In this document: positions 17,196 through 25,507 of the stretch, one piece after another
How positions within the stretch are numbered: position 1 is the stretch's first letter
Layout: the number at the start of each line of letters is the position of its first letter
Source of the DNA: an uncultured Acidimicrobiaceae bacterium
GTDB lineage: Bacteria > Actinomycetota > Acidimicrobiia > Acidimicrobiales > RAAP-2
Assembly: GCA_963835325.1 (NCBI GenBank)
Contig: CAWIEV010000004.1
Span: forward strand, 79,576 to 143,575
DNA: 64,000 bases
Reading direction: 5' to 3'
Notes under the pieces: generated by a model
What the model was told of the DNA's origin: nothing
Seen by the model: only the letters and a program-made list of their open reading frames with translations
Database searches by the model: none
Translations under genes and position numbers: made by a program

Positions 17196-17268
17196 AGCCG
17201 GCGGTGGGAATCGAACCCACGACCTGACGATTACAAGTCGTCTGCGCTACCAACTGCGCCACACCGGC
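17196..17268 (-). tRNA. tRNA-Thr (anticodon UGU)
   Basis: Reverse complement GCCGGTGTGGCGCAGTTGGTAGCGCAGACGACTTGTAATCGTCAGGTCGTGGGTTCGATTCCCACCGCCGGCT folds as a cloverleaf. The 7-bp acceptor has one GU pair. It has a GCGC D-stem, GACGA/TCGTC anticodon stem with loop CTTGTAA, and GTGGG/CCCAC T-stem with loop TTCGATT. CCA is not encoded. Confidence 0.9.
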
Positions 17269-17474
17269 GAGGGCGCCGGGATCTACCCGGTGCCGGCCCC
17301 CATCCTACGATCGTTTGCCCAGGATTCGCCGCGTCTGCCCGGGTCTGTGGTGGCGGTGGGGTACCTCCGGACGGAAACGCTTGCTTCTGCATCCGTCGGT
17401 TGGCAGGCTGGCGTGTAGTGGCCAACCCTTCTGAACACGGCGGAGGACCGTCAGGCGGACCGAGGGACGGTGGG

Positions 17475-17981
17475 GTGCCTGTGGTGCGAGCACTTCTTGT
17501 TCTCGTCCTCTTTGTCGTGGTCACTGTGATCGCGCTCGCCCAGCTCCACCCGGCAACGACCAAAGCCGCCTCCGGATCGGTATCGTCGACGACGACGACG
17601 ACCGTGCCGTCGAAAACGGCCCACAAGTCGACGACCACCACGACCACCACCATCCCTCCGAGCAAGGTACACGTACTGGTGGCCAACGCCGCCGGGGTCA
17701 GAGGCGCCGCCGCTGCTGTCAGCGCCCAGCTGAAGCCGGCCGGGTGGGCGCTCCTGCCGCCGACCAATGCCACGGCACAGGTGACGGTGTCGCGCGTGTA
17801 CTACGTGGCCGGATTCATGCCGGCCGCGGACGCCATTGCGTCGTCCTTGCAACTACCGGCCACATCGGTGGCTCCGTACACGACCGCGGCACCGATCAGC
17901 TCCATCGGCACTGCAGAAGTGGCCGTGGTCGTCGGTCCGGACCTCGCCGACAAGACGACCACCTCCTCCGCCACAAGTTGA
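17475..17981 (+). CDS. LytR_C (LytR cell-envelope-related C-terminal) domain membrane protein
   Basis: TM helix VVRALLVLVLFVVVTVIAL, a Thr-rich linker, then VHVLVANAAGVRGAAAAVSAQLKPAGW...VYYVAGF...AEVAVVVGPDLA. The start is uncertain (GTG 17475). The upstream part of ORF 17193.. overlaps the tRNA and was discarded. Confidence 0.65.
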   Translation: MPVVRALLVLVLFVVVTVIALAQLHPATTKAASGSVSSTTTTTVPSKTAHKSTTTTTTTIPPSKVHVLVANAAGVRGAAAAVSAQLKPAGWALLPPTNATAQVTVSRVYYVAGFMPAADAIASSLQLPATSVAPYTTAAPISSIGTAEVAVVVGPDLADKTTTSSATS

Positions 17982-18853
17982 CCGACGATCCCCTGGCGGC
18001 AACCCGCCCCGTCGCCGGTCCGGAGCCGTCGCCGGAGGTGCGCCGAGCCTTCACACGGCTGTTGTCGGATCCGGCGAACTCGGCCATCGTGTCCGATTTC
18101 GACGGCACGCTGTCGCCGATCGTCGCCGATCCGGCTCAAGCCCGCGCTCTCGATGGAGCGGCAGACCTGTTGGCTCTGTTGGCCCGCCGATTCGGTGTCG
18201 TGGCCGTCGTCTCGGGCCGGCCGGTATCGTTTCTGGTCGAACAATTGGCTCCCACCGACCACGTGCATTCGGTGGGAGCGGCAGCGGCATCGTCCGGGGT
18301 TGCTCACGGCCTCCGCCTGGTCGGCCTTTACGGTCTCGAATGGGCGGACCAGGATGGCGCCGTCACCCGCGAACCGGAAGCCGAGCCGTTCCGTTCGGCC
18401 GTGGAGGACGTGGTTCGTCGGTTGCGGTCTGTGGCCCCGCCGGGTGTGGTGGTCGAGGGAAAGGGGCTGGCGGTCACCGTCCACTGGCGCCAGGCTCCCG
18501 AGGCCCAGGAGTGGGCGACCGAAGCCGTCGCGGCCGAATCGGAGAGAAGCGGGCTTCGGGCCCACCCTGGTCGGATGTCGATCGAGCTCCGGCCGGCGCT
18601 CGCTGTCGACAAGGGCTCGGTGACCCGGGGCCTGGTCGAGGGCTACTCCGCCGCCTGCTACCTGGGCGACGACCTCGGTGACCTTCCTGCCTTTGCCGCG
18701 CTGGCCGATCTGAGCGTACGGACCGGCATGTCAACGGTATCGGTGGCCGTGGTCGATCACGAGAGCGACCCTCAGGTCACGGAAGCGGCCGATCTCAGCG
18801 TGTCCGGTCCGGGTGAGGCGCTGGCCCTTCTGGAATGGTTGGCCGTGGCCTGA
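17978..18853 (+). CDS. otsB: Trehalose-6-phosphate phosphatase (HAD family)
   Basis: TTG 17978 overlaps the upstream stop (TTGA). HAD motif I SDFDGTLSPIV, plus VVSGRPVSFL and YLGDDLGDLPAF. Confidence 0.8.
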   Translation: MTDDPLAATRPVAGPEPSPEVRRAFTRLLSDPANSAIVSDFDGTLSPIVADPAQARALDGAADLLALLARRFGVVAVVSGRPVSFLVEQLAPTDHVHSVGAAAASSGVAHGLRLVGLYGLEWADQDGAVTREPEAEPFRSAVEDVVRRLRSVAPPGVVVEGKGLAVTVHWRQAPEAQEWATEAVAAESERSGLRAHPGRMSIELRPALAVDKGSVTRGLVEGYSAACYLGDDLGDLPAFAALADLSVRTGMSTVSVAVVDHESDPQVTEAADLSVSGPGEALALLEWLAVA

Positions 18854-18895
18854 ACTGTCGCTGGGCGGACCCCTGGGCAGTACTGACCGGACGGG

Positions 18896-20315
18896 TCAGC
18901 GTGCCGCGATGAGCTGATCGTCGAGCCAGTCGGCCGGCTTGCGAGCGAGGATGAGTTTTTGGAGCTCGCCGGCCCGCGCAGCTCGCTCGTCCTCGTCCAT
19001 GTCCAGCGCCTGCGCCAACACCGCCGCAGTGCCCGAGACGTCGAAGGGGTTGAGCTCCAGCGCCGCCGGCCCCAGTTCATCGAAGGCCCCGGCTTCGCGT
19101 GACAGGGCCAGTACCCCGTGCCGCGTATTGATCAGCGGTCCTTCCTTGGCCACGAGATTCAGTCCGTCCCGCACCGGGTTGACCATCAGGACGTCGTAGC
19201 GGGACAGCGCGGCAAGGGACCTCTGGTAGTCGTCCTCCACCACGAGGACGATCGGGGTCCACCCGGGGACCGCCCACTTCCGGTTGATCCGGGCCACCGT
19301 CGACTCGACCTCGTTCTGGTAGGCGAGATACTCGGGTAGGCCTTGGCGGGTCGGGTAGGCGAGGGCGACGAACACCACCCGTTCGCGACGCTGCGGCTGG
19401 CTCTCGAGCAACTCCTCGAAGGCCCAGAAGCCCCGGAGCAGGTTCTTCGACAACTCCATCCGATCCACTCGGACGATGACCTGCCGGTCGGATCCGCCGA
19501 TGAGCTCTTCGAGGCCGGCCAGCTCGCCGGCCACGGCCGACTCGGCCGCCGAGGCGCGCAGCCGGTCCGGATCGGTTGACAGGGGTGAGACGAAGGTCGG
19601 CCCGGGTTCACTCTCGTCGGGCCCGAGGACGGCCTGTCCTCGTCTGTATGCGGTGGCCCAGCGCTCCGTGTGGAAGCCACAGGCTCCGAACCCCGCCATG
19701 GCCGTGAGCAGCTCGGTGCCCACGGCGGTCGGCAGCATCCGTAGCACCGACGGGTCGGCAAACGGCGTGTGGCTGAAATGCGCGGTGCGAAGATCGGGTC
19801 GGAGTCGGGTGAGGGCGGAGCCCATCAGGGCCAGGTGATAATCCTGGACCAGGACCCGCCCGCCTTCGGGAGCGACCTCGGCCACCGTGCGGGCGAACAG
19901 CTCGTTCAGTTCCCGGTACGCATCCCATGCTGTCATCCACCGGTGGTCGGCACGGGGCCGCCGGGCGGAGTCGAACAGGTGGTGGTGGCAGAACCACAAG
20001 GTCGCATTCGAAACCACGTTGTAGGCCATGCTGAAGATCTCCGGATCCGGGTCGACGAGCTCGATCCGGAGTCCGTCGTCCTTCATCAATCCGGCGGCGG
20101 CCGCGACCTTGTCCGCTTCACCGAGGGCGCAAGCCACCCAGGTGGCGCCGGTGCCCACCACGACGGGGCGGATCGATCCGGCCAACCCGCCGCCTGAAAT
20201 TGACGGCCACCGGCCGGCCGTCGTCGAGGCGGAACGCGAGTGGTCCCCGGTTGGAGACCAGTACGGTATCGGCCAGGAGCCCTTCCCCGGTCTGGTGGGA
20301 ACCGTCGATGGCCAT
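18896..20315 (-). pseudogene. otsA: Alpha,alpha-trehalose-phosphate synthase with one apparent frame break near 20197-20201 (true pseudogene or homopolymer sequencing error)
   Basis: The N-terminus MAIDGS...DTVLVSNRGPLAFRLDDGRPVAVN is in ORF 20118..20315. The rest, from SGGGLAGSIRPVV... to ...VQDYHLALMGSAL...NPVRDGLNLVAKE, is in ORF 18896..20986. The junction is at gtc aat t|tca ggc, a T3 run. Confidence 0.8.
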
Positions 20316-20376
20316 GGAGGGACGCTACCCGTTGGCCTCTCCTCAGGAACGGACGCCCCCTCTTGACAAGTTAGTG

Positions 20377-20392
20377 AGTGAGTACTCACAAT
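20377..20392. promoter_or_regulatory. Operator box 1: AGTGAGTACTCACAAT (perfect 12-bp palindrome GTGAGTACTCAC) with TTGACA at 20363-20368
   Basis: It lies in the otsA / TetR divergent spacer, 7 nt before the TetR ATG. The same 16-mer with one mismatch recurs at 21067-21082. Confidence 0.6.
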
Positions 20393-20398
20393 AGAGCC

Positions 20399-21025
20399 AT
20401 GATGGTTTCGAGCCGACAGACCGCCGATGAGCGGCGCACCGCGGTCCTGGCCGCGGCAATCTCCGAATTCGCCCGATCCGGTTATGCGGGGACCTCGACT
20501 GAAGTCATCGCCAGGCGGGCGGGGATCTCCCAGCCGTACCTGTTCCGCCTGTTCGGAACCAAAAAAGACCTGTTCGTGGCCACCTACGATCTGGTTGGCG
20601 ATCGGATCATCCGCGAGCTGACCTCGGTCAGCGAGGGCCTCGAAGGGGAGGAGGCGCTGGCGGCCATGGGCACCGCCTATGTCGAGCTCATGCAGGATCC
20701 TGAGCTCCTCCAAGTCCAACTCCACGGATTCGCGGCCGCCCCCGGCGACCCTGACATCGCCAGGAGCTGTCGGCGCACCTTCGAGGTGTTGGCCGAGGTC
20801 GTCAGCGACCGGACCGGCCTGTCCGACGATGAGCTTCGTCAGTTCTTCGCCTCGGGGATGCTCATCAATGTGATGGCCGCCATCGACCTCTTGTCCATCT
20901 CCGACCCGTGGGCGCAGAATCTGTGCCCGGTGCCAGAAAAAGCCCAGGCCATAAGGGCCGCAACCCAGGCCCTCGAAGCACAGCAACGTGCCGACCGGGC
21001 CACGAACGCGGAGGTCCCCGCATGA
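20399..21025 (+). CDS. TetR/AcrR-family transcriptional regulator
   Basis: 208 aa from ATG 20399. HTH region RRTAVLAAAISEFARSGYAGTSTEVIARRAGISQPYLFRLFGTKKDLF. Confidence 0.85.
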   Translation: MMVSSRQTADERRTAVLAAAISEFARSGYAGTSTEVIARRAGISQPYLFRLFGTKKDLFVATYDLVGDRIIRELTSVSEGLEGEEALAAMGTAYVELMQDPELLQVQLHGFAAAPGDPDIARSCRRTFEVLAEVVSDRTGLSDDELRQFFASGMLINVMAAIDLLSISDPWAQNLCPVPEKAQAIRAATQALEAQQRADRATNAEVPA

Positions 21026-21066
21026 AGCAGCCCCTTTCCAGCGCTCTCTTTTTGCCCCGGCTATCT

Positions 21067-21082
21067 AGTGATTACTCACAAT
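21067..21082. promoter_or_regulatory. Operator box 2: AGTGATTACTCACAAT
   Basis: 15/16 identical to box 1. It lies between the TetR stop (21025) and the first TM segment of the MFS gene. Confidence 0.55.
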
Positions 21083-21237
21083 CAAAACGTTGGCGAACCG
21101 TCCGGTCCGACCGGTGGGCCGACCGCTGGCGGGGCCGGGTCACCGGCCGTCGGCCGTCGGGGTCCGACTGTGCGGCCGCGGGGGCACAACCGGAGCCCGC
21201 CGGGACCCTGTCGCCGGCCATCGGGGCCGGCCAGGGG

Positions 21238-22839
21238 TTGTCGCCGTCCACGCCGGCCGTTTCTCCTGCCGCCAGCGCAGTTCGTCGCCGCGGCGACCGA
21301 ACCGAGGACGGTCCCGGTGGGGCCAACCGGCGGGGAAGTGATCGTGCGGACGGCTCCCGGGTCAGGTCGCAGGCCGTTTGGGCCATCGTGGTCACCGGGA
21401 TGGCCCTGTTCATGTCGGGCCTGGACAACCTGGTGGTCTCAACCGCGTTGCCGGTCATCCGGGTCCATCTCCATGCCGGATTGAGCGGGCTGGAGTGGAC
21501 GGTCAACGCCTACACCCTGACGTTCGCCGTCCTGTTGCTGTCGGCGGCCGCGGTGGGCGAACGCTTCGGTCGCCGCCGGATCTTCGTACTCGGGATCGCC
21601 CTGTTCACCCTCGCCTCGGCCGCGGCGGCCCTGGCTCCGAACATCACGGTCCTGGTGGCGGCACGGGCGGTCCAGGGTGCCGGGGGAGCCATGATCATGC
21701 CGCTGTCTCTGACCCTGCTCAGCGCGGCGGTCACCCCAGAGCGCCGCAATGTCGCCCTCGGGATCTGGGGAGCCATCGGAGGAGCGGCGGTGGCTATCGG
21801 CCCCCTGGTGGGCGGCGCCGTCACCACAGGGTGGTCGTGGCAGTACATCTTCTGGCTCAATGTGCCGGTGGGGGTGGTGCTGATCCCGTTGGCCTGGTGG
21901 AAGCTGTCCGAGTCGCGAGGCCGGCCGTCACGGCTCGATCTGGTCGGGGTCGGACTCGTCAGCACGGGGCTCTTCGGGGTCGTGCTCGGCCTGGTCAGAG
22001 GCAATTCCCACGGCTGGTCGAGCTCCTCGGTGTTGGGCTCGTTCATCATCGGGGCGGTGGCGCTGGGCGGATTCGCCGCCTGGGAACTGCGGTCGGACCA
22101 CCCGATGCTCGACATCAGGCTCTTCCGCAACCGCGGGTTCGCGGCCGTCAACGTGACCGCACTGTTCTTCAGTTTCGGGATGTTCGGCTCCATCTTCTTC
22201 CTGACCCAATTCCTGCAGACGGTGCAAGGGCTTTCGCCGTTGGCCGCGGGAATCCGGGTTCTCCCGTGGACGGCCATGGTCATGCTGCTGGCACCGGTGG
22301 TCGGCCAGCTGGCCGAACGGTGGGGTGGAAAGCCCCTGGTCGTGACCGGCCTGATCTTCCAGACGGTGGGCTTGACGTGGCTGGCGACGGTCACCAACCC
22401 GTCCACCCCCTACTCAGCGCTGATCGTGCCCTTTGTGATCTGTGGCATGGGGATGACCCTCTTCTTCGTCCCTCTGGCATCGCTGGTGCTCGGGGTCGTG
22501 CCGAAATCGTTGGAGGGTGTCGCCTCCGGCGCCAACAGCGCTTTTCGCGAGTTGGGCGGTGTCCTCGGGATCGCCGTGCTGGGCGCCGTCTTCAGCGCCC
22601 ACGGTGGCTACCGCTCGGGCCAGGACTATGTCAGCGGTATGACCCCCGCGGTCTATGCCGGCGCGGTGGTCGTGGCCGTCGGTGCCGTCGCCGCCCTTGC
22701 CATCCCCGGGCGGCGACGGGCGCGGGCTGAGCAGGTCGAGGCTCCGGTCGCCCCCGACATCGATCGGGTGCCGATGCCGGACCTCGGGAACCGTCCGGGT
22801 TTCGCCTGCGATCCTGAACCGGTGCCTGCGTCGGCGTAG
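21238..22839 (+). CDS. MFS transporter, DHA2 (EmrB/QacA, 14-TMS) drug-exporter family
   Basis: WAIVVTGMALFMSGLDNLVVSTALPVI, LEWTVNAYTLTFAVLLL, GERFGRRRIF and about 14 hydrophobic segments. The start is uncertain. TTG 21238 was chosen because the ORF-track start 20908 lies inside the TetR gene and an ATG at 21022 lies upstream of operator box 2. Confidence 0.75.
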   Translation: MSPSTPAVSPAASAVRRRGDRTEDGPGGANRRGSDRADGSRVRSQAVWAIVVTGMALFMSGLDNLVVSTALPVIRVHLHAGLSGLEWTVNAYTLTFAVLLLSAAAVGERFGRRRIFVLGIALFTLASAAAALAPNITVLVAARAVQGAGGAMIMPLSLTLLSAAVTPERRNVALGIWGAIGGAAVAIGPLVGGAVTTGWSWQYIFWLNVPVGVVLIPLAWWKLSESRGRPSRLDLVGVGLVSTGLFGVVLGLVRGNSHGWSSSSVLGSFIIGAVALGGFAAWELRSDHPMLDIRLFRNRGFAAVNVTALFFSFGMFGSIFFLTQFLQTVQGLSPLAAGIRVLPWTAMVMLLAPVVGQLAERWGGKPLVVTGLIFQTVGLTWLATVTNPSTPYSALIVPFVICGMGMTLFFVPLASLVLGVVPKSLEGVASGANSAFRELGGVLGIAVLGAVFSAHGGYRSGQDYVSGMTPAVYAGAVVVAVGAVAALAIPGRRRARAEQVEAPVAPDIDRVPMPDLGNRPGFACDPEPVPASA

Positions 22840-22887
22840 TCGGATCGCGGATGCGCTCGGCGGTTCCCGGACCGGCCGGCCCCACCT

Positions 22888-23694
22888 TCAGTCCGGCGTG
22901 ATCAGCGGGGCGCGTACCAGCGCAGCCCGGAGGATGTCGGTGGCTTGGGGCCGGAGCTCGGAAAGGGGGCGGTTGCGGTGGACCCGGACGCCGAGGTCCA
23001 CCTGGGCGATGGTCCCGACGCCGAAGAGAGTGGCCGCGTCGATGAGGAGGGCCAGCTCAACGGCGTACCCATCGGCCAGGCTGCACTTTTCCAGCACCGA
23101 ACGCGGGGCGGCCGTCTCTCCGGCCAAGGGCTGGTCGATGGGCGCCAGAAACGGGAACAGCACGTCGATGATGGGTTTGGCCATGAGCTCGGTCACGCGA
23201 CCCCCACCGTCAGGAGCCCCCAGGAGGGGACGCCGGTAGAGGCCTTTGACCAGGGCGAGCGATTCGTCGCCCAGGAGCGGTCCGAGAAGCCCGGTCACGA
23301 AGTGGGGCTCGAAATTGGTCACGTCCGCGTCGACGAAGACGATCAGGTCACCACCGCTGGCCTTGAGAGCCGTGCGCATCGCCTGACCCTTGCCGCCCTG
23401 CGCTGCATCCGAGGTGATGACTCGGGCTCCGGCCCCCCGGGCTACCTCGGCGGTCCGGTCGGTCGAACCGTCGTCCACCACCACCACCTCGTCGACCAGT
23501 GGCACCCCTCCGGACGAACCGGTCAGGGCCGAGACGATGGAATGGACGACCGGGCCGACGGTGGCGGCTTCGTTGCGGGCCGGGATGCACACCGAGATGC
23601 TCCGGTCTCCTTTTGACTCGACGAGCAGGGTGGCGTCGAATTGGGCGTGCGAATACCGGCCCGGCTCCTCACCGGAGGTGTGCTCGATCGGCAT
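22888..23694 (-). CDS. gpgS: Glucosyl-3-phosphoglycerate synthase (GT81)
   Basis: SISVCIPARNEAATV, VVVVDDGSTDRTAEVA, GGKGQAMRTAL, LIVFVDADV, GGGRVTELMAKP and HRNRPLSEL are colinear with mycobacterial GpgS as remembered. ATG 23694 is preferred over 23805, which would leave only 33 nt to the riboswitch. Confidence 0.8.
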   Translation of the reverse strand: MPIEHTSGEEPGRYSHAQFDATLLVESKGDRSISVCIPARNEAATVGPVVHSIVSALTGSSGGVPLVDEVVVVDDGSTDRTAEVARGAGARVITSDAAQGGKGQAMRTALKASGGDLIVFVDADVTNFEPHFVTGLLGPLLGDESLALVKGLYRRPLLGAPDGGGRVTELMAKPIIDVLFPFLAPIDQPLAGETAAPRSVLEKCSLADGYAVELALLIDAATLFGVGTIAQVDLGVRVHRNRPLSELRPQATDILRAALVRAPLITPD

Positions 23695-23837
23695 GACGCC
23701 ATCATCGCTCACCCGGACCCGCCCCGTGCGAGCGGAGGCCTCGAGCTGGAGGGTGGGCACGGTGCCCTGAGCGGGTGCCCGGACCGGGGCCTCCGGCGTC
23801 CACATTGACGCAGGGCCTTCCTTCGTCCAAAATGGGA

Positions 23838-23958
23838 GCCATCATCCAGAGCGACTGAGGGACCGGGCCCAGTGACGTCGCGGCAACCAGCATGTGGCTC
23901 CGCACTGCCCAGGCAGATCGGGATCCACACCAGGTGCCAATGCCCGAGCGATGAGGAG
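23838..23958 (+). promoter_or_regulatory. SAM-I-clan (S-box-like) riboswitch
   Basis: The element reads CCAUCAUCCAGAGCGACUGAGGGACCGGGCCCAGUGACGUCGCGGCAACC...CCAGGUGCCAAUGCCCGAGCGAUGAGGAG. P1 is UCAUC/GAUGA, P2 is GCGAC/GUCGC, and GAGGGA..GGCCC, GGCAACC and GGUGCCAAU are the conserved cores. The 3' P1 strand overlaps the GAGGAG SD 6 nt before GTG 23965. I could not find a P4 hairpin, so the subclass is undecided (SAM-I vs SAM-I/IV vs SAM-IV). Confidence 0.75.
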
Positions 23959-23964
23959 ATTGAC

Positions 23965-25206
23965 GTGGACTTTGTTTCCGGGCTTCGCTGCCGTGAATGT
24001 GGACGTACCTACCCTGCCGAGGCGTTGCACGTGTGCGACTTCTGCTTCGGACCCCTCGAGGTGATCTACGACTACGAGCGGGTGGCTTCCACCATGACCA
24101 GGGAGCGTGTCGCCGCGGGCCCCCGGTCCATCTGGAGGTATGCCGACCTCCTTCCGGTGTCCGACTCGACGCCGGTCGACCTGGGAGCCGGGTTCACCCC
24201 GTTGGTCCGGGCCGATCGGCTTGCCGCGGAACTCGGGTTGGGCGAACTCTGGATCAAGGACGACACGGCCAATCCCACGGGTTCCTTCAAGGACCGGGTG
24301 GTGTCGGTGGCACTCACCAAGGCCCGTCAGCTGGGATTCAAGATCGCCGCATGTGCGTCCACCGGAAATCTGGCCAATTCGGTGGCGGCCCATGCGGCGC
24401 GGGCGGGTATGGAGTCGGTCGTCCTGATCCCCTATGACCTGGAGACGGCCAAGGTGACCATGACATCGGTCTACGGGGGAAAGGTCGTATCCGTCGAGGG
24501 CAGCTACGACGACGTCAACCGCCTGTGTGCCGAGCTGACCAGTGAGCGGCCGTCGTGGGCGTTCGTGAATGTGAATGTCCGTACCTACTATGCCGAGGGT
24601 TCGAAGACACTGGCCTTCGAGGTGGCCGAGCAGTTGGGATGGCAGGCTCCTGACCACGTAGTCGTCCCGATCGGTTCGGGAAGCCAGTTGACCAAGGTGG
24701 CCAAGGGGTTCGACGAGCTGTGGAAGGTCGGGATGCTCGACGAGGAACCGTCGGTGCGTGTTTCGGGGGCTCAGGCCGCGGGGTGTTCGCCGGTGGCTAC
24801 GGCATTCTCGGAAGGCACCGACGCCATACGGCCGGTGAAGCCGGACACGATCGCCAAGTCGCTGGCCATCGGCAATCCTGCCGACGGTTGGTACGCTCTG
24901 GATGCAATTCGTAAATCCGGTGGCGCCTGCGCATCGGTCACCGACGACGAGGTGATCGAAGGCATCCGCCTCCTGGCCCGGACCGAGGGGATCTTTGCCG
25001 AGACAGCCGGAGGCGTGACCATCGCCACGCTGGCCAAGCTGACAGCTCAAGGGGTGGTCCGTTCCGATGAGCGGGTCGTGGCGCTGGTGACTGGTCACGG
25101 GCTGAAGACAGTGGAGGCCTTGGCCGGAGTCGTGGGAACGACCGCTACGATCGCTCCCACACTCGAAGCCTTTGCCGCGGCGATGGACGAGAATGGTGAT
25201 CGATGA
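23965..25206 (+). CDS. Threonine synthase-family PLP enzyme (ThrC/MetM-like) with N-terminal zinc ribbon
   Basis: 413 aa from GTG 23965. Zinc ribbon CRECGRTYPAEALHVCDFCFGPLE, PLP lysine motif GSFKDRVVS, and CASTGNLANSVAAHAARAG. Confidence 0.85.
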   Translation: MDFVSGLRCRECGRTYPAEALHVCDFCFGPLEVIYDYERVASTMTRERVAAGPRSIWRYADLLPVSDSTPVDLGAGFTPLVRADRLAAELGLGELWIKDDTANPTGSFKDRVVSVALTKARQLGFKIAACASTGNLANSVAAHAARAGMESVVLIPYDLETAKVTMTSVYGGKVVSVEGSYDDVNRLCAELTSERPSWAFVNVNVRTYYAEGSKTLAFEVAEQLGWQAPDHVVVPIGSGSQLTKVAKGFDELWKVGMLDEEPSVRVSGAQAAGCSPVATAFSEGTDAIRPVKPDTIAKSLAIGNPADGWYALDAIRKSGGACASVTDDEVIEGIRLLARTEGIFAETAGGVTIATLAKLTAQGVVRSDERVVALVTGHGLKTVEALAGVVGTTATIAPTLEAFAAAMDENGDR

Positions 25207-25231
25207 ACGAAGTGGTCGACAGGAGCAGACG

Positions 25232-25507
25232 ATGAGCGTCAATGTCCGTATCCCTACACAGCTGCGCGTCCTCACTGGAGGGGCCGGAGAAGTGGCCGTC
25301 GAAGGTTCTTCGGTCGGCGAGGTCCTCAAGGCCCTCGACGGCGCCTATGCCGGCTTCAGCGACCGACTCTTCGACGACAGCGGGGGGCTGCGCCGATTCG
25401 TGAATGTGTTCGTCGCTGATGAGGATGTCCGCTTCCTCGACGGTCTGGCCACCCCTGTGGCCGACGGCCAAACCGTTTCGATCATCCCGGCTGTCGCCGG
25501 AGGCTGA
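25232..25507 (+). CDS. CysO/MoaD/ThiS-type beta-grasp sulfur-carrier protein (C-terminal GG)
   Basis: 91 aa. [25 protein letters not shown]...[37 protein letters not shown]-stop is near-colinear with M. tuberculosis CysO as I remember it. AGGAGC lies 7 nt before the ATG. Confidence 0.85.
   Translation: MSVNVRIPTQLRVLTGGAGEVAVEGSSVGEVLKALDGAYAGFSDRLFDDSGGLRRFVNVFVADEDVRFLDGLATPVADGQTVSIIPAVAGG

Noticed and set aside
17193-17474. N-terminal 94 codons of ORF 17193..17981
   Set aside because: They overlap the tRNA-Thr gene on the opposite strand and read as low-complexity text. The LytR_C protein most plausibly starts at the TM helix (GTG 17475).
20908-21237. ORF-track start (20908) or ATG 21022 for the MFS transporter
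   Set aside because: 20908 lies inside the TetR gene. ATG 21022 would put operator box 2 and about 110 codons of Arg/Pro/Gly-rich text inside the coding region. The first TM helix begins near 21380. The start remains uncertain.
23842-25329. 495-aa minus-strand ORF, plus similar long antisense ORFs (5295..6704 +, 36079..37563 -, 40295..41380 -, 57941..59005 -, 746..1633 -)
   Set aside because: Each lies opposite a gene with clear family motifs and has an Arg/Gly/Pro-dominated composition without recognisable domains. I treated them as shadow ORFs.
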